In this document: positions 42,148-50,284 of the stretch, one piece after another
How positions within the stretch are numbered: position 1 is the stretch's first letter
Layout: each line of letters starts with the position of its first letter
NCBI GenBank assembly: GCA_045106635.1
Contig: JBGCEX010000022.1
Span: 5,052-69,051, forward strand
Reading direction: 5' to 3'
Length of the DNA stretch: 64,000 nt
DNA from: Rickettsiaceae bacterium
GTDB taxonomy: Bacteria > Pseudomonadota > Alphaproteobacteria > Rickettsiales > Rickettsiaceae
Notes under the pieces: generated by a model
The model's database searches: none
What the model was told of the DNA's origin: nothing
What the model saw: only the letters and a program-made list of their open reading frames with translations
Translations under genes and position numbers: made by a program

Positions 42148-42224
42148 GGGCTTGTAGCTCAGTTGGTTAGAGCACACGCCTGATAAGCGTGAGGTCAGAA
42201 GTTCAAGTCTTCTCAAGCCCACCA
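42148..42224 (+). tRNA. tRNA-Ile (anticodon GAU)
   Basis: Folded by hand. Acceptor GGGCTTG/CAAGCCC, D arm GCTC/GAGC, anticodon stem CACGC/GCGTG with loop CTGATAA, T arm AGAAG/CTTCT with TTCAAGT loop, encoded CCA. Confidence 0.95.
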
Positions 42225-42445
42225 TCTTTCCACATTTTAACCCAAATATGTAATAGGTGTGTAATACATACCATCAATGCAAACAAAGATATATTACATA
42301 CAAATAATGCTGTAAGATCTATAAAGCTATAGATTCTAAAAAAAATCTATAGCAATGAATAAAGGTTGATAATACTAACATTTCTCTGAAGCAAGCCAAA
42401 CTAATGGTTTCCTCAAATATTTTATCTTACAAAACTAACAACAAT

Positions 42446-42547
42446 TTATTTTTGAAGGGATTCAAATATACTGTGAATAGCTATCTTTGTACCACGAACT
42501 AATGCTGCTATTAATATAGTCAACATTATAATATTTAAAAATAACAT
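42446..42547 (-). CDS. candidate 33-aa hydrophobic peptide (untracked small ORF)
   Basis: MLFLNIIMLTILIAALVRGTKIAIHSIFESLQK. A GAGGG Shine-Dalgarno-like element (42558-42562) lies 10 nt upstream of the ATG. No homology recognised. Confidence 0.25.
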   Translation of the reverse strand: MLFLNIIMLTILIAALVRGTKIAIHSIFESLQK

Positions 42548-42720
42548 TTAATAACTACCCTCTTATTTTATTCATTTTCTTAGATAGCCTTGATTATCTT
42601 ACTTAAAAGTAAAATAATATATAAAGTTATTTGACTTGTATTAATAAAACATCTTATACTACTAATTAGTAATTAAAAAATTAACTCTGGCCTAAGAATT
42701 AACAAAAATATAGGCTTATT

Positions 42721-42951
42721 ATGAAACACACCTATTACACACAGCACTTTGATTTAAAAAAATTAAATATTCCAGATTATGATTTTGAAGAAGGGTTATA
42801 TCTTCGTTCTACTAAAAATTATCCTACAAGCCCTAGAGTGCAGGAAAATCCCATATTTACTTTTCTAGAAGAAACTATTCGTCCGTACAGTATAGAAGAA
42901 TTTAAAGAAGATAGTATTTCTCCTCAGGGTGAAACAAAAGAATTTGATTAA
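42721..42951 (+). CDS. hypothetical protein (orphan, 76 aa)
   Basis: Open frame only, acidic and hydrophilic. No clear SD and no family recognised. Confidence 0.3.
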   Translation: MKHTYYTQHFDLKKLNIPDYDFEEGLYLRSTKNYPTSPRVQENPIFTFLEETIRPYSIEEFKEDSISPQGETKEFD

Positions 42952-43052
42952 ATTATTATTTTAATCATTGCTAACATTACACTAAGATACTCGACATATA
43001 GTTAGAATTTTCATTCCTAACCTTTATAAAAGGAAGATTAACAAAAATATCT

Positions 43053-43814
43053 TTACCTCGTAAAGACTAACTCATTCTCATTTGAAACAGATTTGTTAAA
43101 TACATAACCATCTTTGTTAAATTGCTTAATATCAGAAATATTTTGAATACGATTTTTTATTATATATGATGCCATCATACCTCTTGCCCTCTTGGCAAAA
43201 ATAGGCACTATTTTATAATCTCCATTTTTTCTTTCTTTGAATATAGGAGTAATTAAGCTACCTTGTAACAATTTTTTATTAATAACTTTGAAATACTCCA
43301 GTGACGTCAAATTTACTAGTAATTTAGCACTTTTATTTTTTAATAATTCATTCAAGTGAATGGTTATAGTATCTCCCCAATATTCATATAAATTCTTACC
43401 ATGTTTGTTAGTCAGTTTTGTTCCCATTTCTAGACGATAAGGCTGAATGAGGTCAAGTGGTTTTAATAAACCATAAAGACCAGATATGATTCGTAAATGT
43501 GACTGAGCATAGCTAATATCACTTTGTTTAAAGGTTTCTACATCTAGACCATCATATACATCTCCTTTAAAAGCATATATTGCTTGACGACTATTCTCTA
43601 AATTAAACGGAAGAACAAAATCAAGGTAGCGTTGGTAGTTTAAACTAGCTAGCTTTTTACTTAAGTTCATCAATACACTTATTTCAGATATTGTCAGATT
43701 GCGTAAAATTTTAATAAGAGCAAAAGATTCTTCTAGAAAATCTGAATTTGTACATTCACTTTGATTATGATTCGAAAAATCTAATGTTTTTGATGGAGAA
43801 ATTACTAATATCAT
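43053..43814 (-). CDS. yaaA: peroxide stress protein YaaA (DUF328)
   Basis: N-terminus MILVISPSKTLDF and overall length match the YaaA family. Confidence 0.88.
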   Translation of the reverse strand: MILVISPSKTLDFSNHNQSECTNSDFLEESFALIKILRNLTISEISVLMNLSKKLASLNYQRYLDFVLPFNLENSRQAIYAFKGDVYDGLDVETFKQSDISYAQSHLRIISGLYGLLKPLDLIQPYRLEMGTKLTNKHGKNLYEYWGDTITIHLNELLKNKSAKLLVNLTSLEYFKVINKKLLQGSLITPIFKERKNGDYKIVPIFAKRARGMMASYIIKNRIQNISDIKQFNKDGYVFNKSVSNENELVFTR

Positions 43815-43873
43815 TTTATAGGATTATAATTATTAAAAAAGGCAAAAAAACACCTTCTTTTTAATATTTAAGT

Positions 43874-43978
43874 TTACTTAGCTGCCTTTTTAGCTGCTTT
43901 TGCTGCACGTTTTTCTTTTATTGACTTGTGCGCTGGTTCTTTTTTTGCTTCTTTCTTTTTATCTTGACCTTTTGTCAT
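43874..43978 (-). CDS. candidate 34-aa lysine-rich basic protein (untracked small ORF)
   Basis: MTKGQDKKKEAKKEPAHKSIKEKRAAKAAKKAAK. A GGGG(A) SD-like element at 43988-43991 lies 9 nt upstream of the ATG. Confidence 0.45.
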   Translation of the reverse strand: MTKGQDKKKEAKKEPAHKSIKEKRAAKAAKKAAK

Positions 43979-44078
43979 TACTTATTTCCCCTAGTATTAA
44001 TTAGATACTTGCATCCTACCATATTTGACTATGAGTTAATAACATTTTTTTGATATATTTGAAGTAATTTAGTGACTC

Positions 44079-44675
44079 CTAATCAATACAATCCATGGGT
44101 ATTATTTCGTAAACAGGATGTTCTAAGGTAGATATCGAAAGATTTGATGAATCCATCCAACCATGAAATACTAATATTTTATCATCCTTAATTTTATTAT
44201 CAACCACTGTAATTAACATAAGATTAGAGGATTTTAAAGGATTCATATTTTTTGCACATTTATGCACTTCAACAGAAATATTACCAAAAAACTTACTCTC
44301 ACCTAAATTAAACTTTACCAAATTAGATTTAGTAGTTATTTTGTTCAAGATAATGATTTTGGCTATTTTTTTGTATGAAAAAACTTCTTCCACTTGAGGA
44401 ATATTAACTTCATAAGATATACTTTCTTTCTTTTTATCTTCTAATTTTTGCAAATCTTCACGTTCGATTTTCTCAACTTCAGAAATAGCACTTTGGTTCA
44501 ACAAATCCTTCTCTATCTCTTCTAAAGAATACATTTCCAAAGATTCATCTTCTGCCAAACATAATGTACATAAATTACAAAATATAAATATTATTAATAA
44601 AGCAAAGTAATACACTCTATAGTTAATTAGCCACAACTGACATGGATTCTTAAAATTTTTCATATCTATTATCAA
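44079..44675 (-). CDS. DUF2155-like periplasmic protein
   Basis: Signal/TM, then a C-terminal domain (ILNKITTKS...FGNISVEVHKC...VFHGWM) resembling the alphaproteobacterial DUF2155 family. Confidence 0.65.
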   Translation of the reverse strand: MIIDMKNFKNPCQLWLINYRVYYFALLIIFIFCNLCTLCLAEDESLEMYSLEEIEKDLLNQSAISEVEKIEREDLQKLEDKKKESISYEVNIPQVEEVFSYKKIAKIIILNKITTKSNLVKFNLGESKFFGNISVEVHKCAKNMNPLKSSNLMLITVVDNKIKDDKILVFHGWMDSSNLSISTLEHPVYEIIPMDCID

Positions 44676-44690
44676 TAGCTCAAAATTTAT

Positions 44691-45614
44691 TTAATATAAA
44701 TCAAACTTACCAGCTACAATTCTTGCTTCAATCCTGTCAAGCATAGCATCTGTAACCTCTTGAACCGTATCTTTAGCACTTGCCATACCAAGCTTTCTTT
44801 TAAACCATGACTGCTTATTTTCAATATATTCTATTTTTACTTCATTACCATATCGCTTATTAATAAATGAATACAAATCATCTATACCATCAATCAACCC
44901 ATAATCCAGAGCTTTTTGACCAGTCCAAAATTCACCATTAAATATAATATCATCATTTTGAGTAAGCTTTCCCTTTCTACGTTGTTTAACATTTTCAGTA
45001 AAATGATCATATATCGTTTTTTGCAAAGCTTTTACCAATTTTATATCAGAAGATTTTGTTGGCTGAAACGGATCAAGAACAGATTTATTTTTACCTTCAG
45101 CAATCACCCTTCTCTCAATTCCTAATTTTTCTATAGCCTCATGAAAACCAAATCCACTTGAAATAACTCCTATACTACCAATAATTGAGCTTTTACTAGC
45201 AAATATTTTATCCCCAGCACAAGCAAGCCAATACCCCCCTGAAGCCGCTACATCTTCAACAAAACTATAGATGGGTACATCTAACTCTTTTGCTAAAGAA
45301 GTTAATCTCTTTGAGATTAACTCTGATTGAACAGGAGAACCCCCAGGAGAGTTAATGCACAGACATACTGCATCCAATTTTTCTAGTTTAAACATTTTTT
45401 CAATCAGTTTGTTTAAAGAAGAAATAGTTAGCCCAGACTTCATAGATCCTGCTTTTCCTATTATTCCTTCTAATCTCATAACCGCTACGACAGGTTTTGT
45501 ATTAAAAGAAAAGGGTAAGATGGACATTATCTGATCTATTTTACTAGAACGTTTTGTATTAGCAGATGTTTTAGCAGTAGAAATAGAATTTTTACTATTA
45601 TTTGTTGTTTTCAT
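44691..45614 (-). CDS. sppA: signal peptide peptidase SppA (36K type, S49 family)
   Basis: S49 motifs INSPGGSPV, AASGGYWLACAGDKI and GSIGV. Confidence 0.88.
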   Translation of the reverse strand: MKTTNNSKNSISTAKTSANTKRSSKIDQIMSILPFSFNTKPVVAVMRLEGIIGKAGSMKSGLTISSLNKLIEKMFKLEKLDAVCLCINSPGGSPVQSELISKRLTSLAKELDVPIYSFVEDVAASGGYWLACAGDKIFASKSSIIGSIGVISSGFGFHEAIEKLGIERRVIAEGKNKSVLDPFQPTKSSDIKLVKALQKTIYDHFTENVKQRRKGKLTQNDDIIFNGEFWTGQKALDYGLIDGIDDLYSFINKRYGNEVKIEYIENKQSWFKRKLGMASAKDTVQEVTDAMLDRIEARIVAGKFDLY

Positions 45615-46338
45615 CTTTTTGCTCTAATTTTTTATCTTCTGTTATATTACTCTGTGTTTGCTGAGATTGATCATTATTTTTGATATCAGTTTTTTTCTTA
45701 TCTATATTTTGCTCATCGTTCTTTTTTTCTGATTCTGTTGTTATTGGAGTGATTTTTTTATTTAAAGATGTTGTTATGTAACTATTTTTAGGGATTTCTG
45801 GATTACCTTTTATTTCAGAAAGCAAAATATTACGAATTGATTCTTCATGCCATTTTGTATTACCCTTAAAAATGAATTTTATCTTTCCTTCAGGATTAAT
45901 TAGAAAAGCAGTGGGTAACCCAACTACTGACATTGCTCTAAACAGACTATTTTGATAATCATGGTATAATTTTAGATGTCTGATACCATATTTATTAAAA
46001 TGAGCTTCTGCTGCATCTATACCCTTAAAATCCTCCGACACAGCTATAACTTCGAATGGTAGCTTTCTAAAGTCTTTTTGCAAAACATCTAAACTTGGTA
46101 ACTCCTCAACACATGAGCCACACCAACTAGCCCAAAAATTAACTAATATAGTTTTTCCTTCAAATTGATCTAAAAAAACCTTGTTGCCCTCTTTATCAAA
46201 AAAATTCTCATCTGGTATAAAAGAATTTTCTGGTTTAATAATCATAGAATTCTCAGCAAAAGAGTGAGCACTATGAATAATTATCAAAATATTAAGACTA
46301 ATAAACCATAAAAACATTTTTGTAGAAAATTTTATCAT
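45598..46338 (-). CDS. TlpA/ResA-like periplasmic thioredoxin
   Basis: Signal peptide, thioredoxin fold with WASWCGSC active site, low-complexity K/N/Q/E-rich C-terminal tail. Confidence 0.8.
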   Translation of the reverse strand: MIKFSTKMFLWFISLNILIIIHSAHSFAENSMIIKPENSFIPDENFFDKEGNKVFLDQFEGKTILVNFWASWCGSCVEELPSLDVLQKDFRKLPFEVIAVSEDFKGIDAAEAHFNKYGIRHLKLYHDYQNSLFRAMSVVGLPTAFLINPEGKIKFIFKGNTKWHEESIRNILLSEIKGNPEIPKNSYITTSLNKKITPITTESEKKNDEQNIDKKKTDIKNNDQSQQTQSNITEDKKLEQKDENNK

Positions 46339-46410
46339 AGAATATATTGTCCTAATACGCAGAAGTTAATATTATTTACTCACATAAAAACTTATATCTC
46401 AAATATCAAT

Positions 46411-46530
46411 ATGAAACAAATTATTTTTTTTATCCTTTATTGTTTAATTTTGTCAAGTTGCGGCTTAAAAAAACCATTAGTTTTAGAATCAGAATCTCAA
46501 GAAATTGAAAATAAAAAACAGATGCAATGA
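46411..46530 (+). CDS. candidate 39-aa lipoprotein (untracked small ORF), coupled to kdpA
   Basis: MKQIIFFILYCLILSSCGLKKPLVLESESQEIENKKQMQ. Lipobox ILSSC followed by G-L-K-K-P-L, reminiscent of the small LptM/YifL-type lipoproteins (C-G-x-K-G-P-L). Its TGA overlaps the kdpA ATG (ATGA). Confidence 0.45.
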   Translation: MKQIIFFILYCLILSSCGLKKPLVLESESQEIENKKQMQ

Positions 46531-48179
46531 TCTTATCCACATTAATATTTTTTGCAATAGTTACTATTGTTGCTCCAGTCTTTGGCAAATATATTGCATG
46601 GGTTTTTTTTGATAAGAATTTCAATCGCTTTATTATTCATTCTGAAAATGAGTTAATGAAGCCACAAACTTGGAAAGGATATTTTGCCAGTCTAATGACA
46701 TTCAATATTGTTTGCATTTCTTTTACCTTCTTAATAATTTTTTTTCAAAAACACCTACCAACTGAATCTGAATTAATTCAGGAATTGGATTTATCCGCTG
46801 CCATAAATGCATCTATTTCTTTTTCAACTGGTACATTTTGGCAAAGTCATAACCCCGAAAATCAATTAAGTGTTTTAAGTCAGATTTTTGCCTTAACAAT
46901 GCAGAATTTTTTATCAGCAGGTACCAGTATTGCTGTTTTTATAGCTTTTATCAGAGGGGTTATACATAATAACAACCCTTATATTGGTAACTTCTATAAT
47001 GATTTTTTACATAGCTTTTGTTTTATTTTAATACCAGCTGCTCTAATCATGTCATTGTTTTTAATGGCTGGTGGAGTACCGCAAGATTTCACAGGAGTAA
47101 TAAACTACAGCAACTTAGAGGGAATGAAGGAGAAATTATTCGTAGGGCTCGCTGCTGGCCAAATGGCCATAAAACATCTCGTTGCTAACGGAGGATCTAT
47201 TTTTGATACTGGTTCTGCTCACCCATTTGAATCACCATCAAGAATAGCACTAATGATAGGATTATTCTTAATTGTAATTTCACCGATTTCATTAATATTT
47301 ACATATGGTTTTGTAGTAAAAGCTACAAATTTTAGCTGGTCATTATATTGGGTTATAGTTTTTGTTATGACTACTTCATTATATATTATCTATTTTGGAG
47401 AAACTGATTATTCTATTCCTTTAATACTTACAGACAGAACTATAGAAGATAATTTTAATTACACTGGTAAAGAATTAATATATGATAAATTCCCTTCATT
47501 AATGTGGGTTTTATCCATTACTATGAGTTCCGATGGTAGTAGTAATGCATGCCTTGAAAATTATTCACCACTAAGCATTTTAGTATTATTTTCTAATTTA
47601 GTGATGAGTAAATTTATAATGGAAGGAGTTGGCTCAGGTTTTTTTGCTATGCTTGCATATCTTATTGTTTCAGTACTATTAAGAGGATTGGTTAGTGGAA
47701 GCAATAATAACTTCTTTGGTAAAAAGATTTCTATTAATGAAATTAATTATGTAATTATAATATTTTTAATAATGCCAATTGGAGTTTTATTATTTACTGG
47801 CCTCACTTTTTCCATCCCTCAAGTCAAAAATATAATAACTTATCAAGGCTCTCAAGCTATAACAGATGTTGCATATAATTTTGTTTCTAGTTTTACTAAC
47901 AATGGTTCTAGCTTTTCTGGCATTAATACTTCAAACAATTATTTTAATTACATGACAGCACTTGTGATGTTTATAGGTAGATATCCTATTATTTATTACT
48001 CACTTGCAATTAGTGGGTCATTTGCTTGCAAACGAAAAATCATCAATTATATTGAAACTGAGCAACAATCTAATATCGAATTAAGCTTTTTTCTGCTAAT
48101 AACAGTATTAATTGTGGGAGCAATAATGTTTATGCCCTTGATGATTTTAGGCCCCTTACTAGAGTTTATCAATATGTAA
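46527..48179 (+). CDS. kdpA: KdpA-like potassium-transporting subunit (stand-alone)
   Basis: 550 aa, uninterrupted and polytopic. It aligns by eye along the whole length with my recollection of E. coli KdpA: SFSTGTFWQS ~ NTNWQS, LVANGGSIFDTGSAHPFESP ~ GTNGGGFFNANS.HPFENP, FTNNGSSFSG ~ ANNNGSAFAG. Confidence 0.85.
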   Translation: MILSTLIFFAIVTIVAPVFGKYIAWVFFDKNFNRFIIHSENELMKPQTWKGYFASLMTFNIVCISFTFLIIFFQKHLPTESELIQELDLSAAINASISFSTGTFWQSHNPENQLSVLSQIFALTMQNFLSAGTSIAVFIAFIRGVIHNNNPYIGNFYNDFLHSFCFILIPAALIMSLFLMAGGVPQDFTGVINYSNLEGMKEKLFVGLAAGQMAIKHLVANGGSIFDTGSAHPFESPSRIALMIGLFLIVISPISLIFTYGFVVKATNFSWSLYWVIVFVMTTSLYIIYFGETDYSIPLILTDRTIEDNFNYTGKELIYDKFPSLMWVLSITMSSDGSSNACLENYSPLSILVLFSNLVMSKFIMEGVGSGFFAMLAYLIVSVLLRGLVSGSNNNFFGKKISINEINYVIIIFLIMPIGVLLFTGLTFSIPQVKNIITYQGSQAITDVAYNFVSSFTNNGSSFSGINTSNNYFNYMTALVMFIGRYPIIYYSLAISGSFACKRKIINYIETEQQSNIELSFFLLITVLIVGAIMFMPLMILGPLLEFINM

Positions 48180-48235
48180 TAACAAACTTTTGTTACATAA
48201 CTTCTCTATAAAATAAATATAATCTTTACTAAAAA

Positions 48236-48946
48236 ATGATTACTCGATACATACTTATTTTCTTCTTTTCTTTACTATTACAAGCTTGTAGTACAACAAG
48301 TAACTATTCAATTGACTCTTACAAGAAAGTTAGCAGGCAATTACAGAAAAGCTACAAATTAAACAAACCCCATTTAGTATTAAGTTATGATTTAGCCAGA
48401 GTAGATAATACAAGCTGTATTTTCTCAAAAGATTTTGGATTATTTGCTAATGAAAAATTACATGCTCAAACCTATCTACAAAAATTTAAAACAAAATACC
48501 ACTCTACTGCTCACTTATCAAAAGAAGCAAAGCTAAAAATAAAAAAAATAACTAATTTATTAATTAAATTACAAAAAAAACACAAACTTCTAAACAAAAA
48601 TAATTATTATAAAGTTACCAAAATTGCTAAGTTAAATTTTAACAAAATTAATGCTGGAAAAGAACTGGAAAAATTAGATCAAATAATTTCTCACCTGCCT
48701 TTAATGCTTCCATCGTACAACCCTTGCATTTCAAGTAGATATGGCATTAGAAAACATCCTATCAATAAAAAACGTAAAATGCATTGCGGAATAGATTTAG
48801 TTAGCACAAAAAAAGCACCTATATATGCAAGCGCTAATGGTAAAATTTCTTTCGTTGGCATCCAAAATGGTTATAGAGTTGTAGTTGAAATACAGCATGG
48901 AAATAATCTTAAAACAAAATACGCTCATTTAAAAACACTCTCGTGA
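48236..48946 (+). pseudogene. M23-family peptidase lipoprotein (NlpD-like), frameshifted before the HxH motif
   Basis: Lipobox LLQAC, M23 HxxxD element (HCGIDL) and YAHL. The ORF stops at 48944-48946, while the rest of the domain (VKKGQKVARGQVIAIQGKSGNALGDHLHFEIHLSGKHINPYDF) is open in another frame from 48943 to 49104. Confidence 0.8.
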
Positions 48947-49195
48947 AAAAAGGTCAAAAAGTAGCAAGAGGTCAAGTAATTGCTATTCAGGGAAAGTCAG
49001 GAAATGCACTAGGAGATCACTTACATTTTGAAATCCATTTATCTGGAAAACATATTAATCCTTACGATTTTATTAGTCATAATTACGAGTGTAATCACAA
49101 ATAGATTATAAATATCATGATTTTACTATAGATTTTCAGAAAATTTGATTATAATCAACGATTATTAATTCTTACTTATACTAAATAAATTAGAA

Positions 49196-50197
49196 ATGAA
49201 AAATCTCTTAAAAATATTATTAATAATATTATTGTCTGAACAAACTTTTGCAAACAATGTAAATAAAATCATTATCACCCCAGAAAAACTATCTGTTACA
49301 GAATTCTACGAAAAACATACAGCAATTGGGCAAGCTAAGCTTTCAAACAGCAAAGATTATTTTGCTAAAACCAAAGGAACTGTTGATTTTATTTCTACCA
49401 TGCAAGGTCATAAAATATCAAAAGGCGATATAATAATAGCGATAGACAAAGCCATTGCTGAAACATCAAAATCACAAGCTGAAGCAGCTTTATATGTGGC
49501 AGAATCTAATTACAATCGTGATTTATCCCTATTTAGAAAGAAAATTCTTAGCGAAGAAATTACCAATCAATCAAAAGCCGCTTTAGAAAAAGCTAGAAAT
49601 GAACATGTAAAAGCAATGAATAGCTATGAAGATATGATAATCAAAGCTATGGATGATGGTTACATTGGCGTAATAAAAGCAAATATTGGGGACGCGGCAA
49701 AAGAAGGTGATTATTTATTTAGCCTTACGACAAAAAGTGATATTTATATCTTCGTTGAATTACCGCAAATACTACATAATAGAATTTTAACAAGCGATAT
49801 GGTTAACGCCCATGGTGAGAAAGGAAAGCTAATATTAGGAAAAATTATAGCTATATCCGATTATATTTCAGATAAAGGCACTATTACTGCAAAACTAATA
49901 TTTCCTTATAACGATCATTTACTACATGGATCATTCGTAGAAAATGAGATTATTTTTAATAAACATCAAGCTCTTGGACTACCAGAAAAAGCTGTACTAA
50001 AAAATAATGAGGGTGATTTTGTTTATGCTGTAACTCCAGAAAATAAAGTTAAACAAGTCTTCGTTACTTTAGGCGTCAGAACAAATAATATGATTGAATT
50101 ATTATCAGAGGAGTTAAAAGAAGGTGATTTAATAGTTCTAGAGGGACTAACCAAAGTTTATGACGGGGCTGAGGTAGATTATAGTAAAAACGGTTGA
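49196..50197 (+). CDS. RND efflux periplasmic adaptor (membrane fusion protein)
   Basis: Signal peptide, then coiled-coil hairpin, lipoyl and beta-barrel pattern. Located upstream of the RND pump. Confidence 0.8.
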   Translation: MKNLLKILLIILLSEQTFANNVNKIIITPEKLSVTEFYEKHTAIGQAKLSNSKDYFAKTKGTVDFISTMQGHKISKGDIIIAIDKAIAETSKSQAEAALYVAESNYNRDLSLFRKKILSEEITNQSKAALEKARNEHVKAMNSYEDMIIKAMDDGYIGVIKANIGDAAKEGDYLFSLTTKSDIYIFVELPQILHNRILTSDMVNAHGEKGKLILGKIIAISDYISDKGTITAKLIFPYNDHLLHGSFVENEIIFNKHQALGLPEKAVLKNNEGDFVYAVTPENKVKQVFVTLGVRTNNMIELLSEELKEGDLIVLEGLTKVYDGAEVDYSKNG

Positions 50198-50284
50198 ATT
50201 AGCATATGTTTATAGAAGATATTTTTTACTATATTAAATAATTCAAACCCATATTCTAATAACCAAACAAATAAAATCAAAATT

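Noticed and set aside
42225-42400. Search for a direct repeat of the tRNA-Ile 3' end (att site of an integrated element)
   Set aside because: Only a poor partial resemblance was found (gaagcaagccaaac near 42388 versus ctcaagcccacca). No integrase gene is present, and the 12-nt inverted match taataggtgtgt/acacacctatta (about 42252 and 42725) is within chance expectation.
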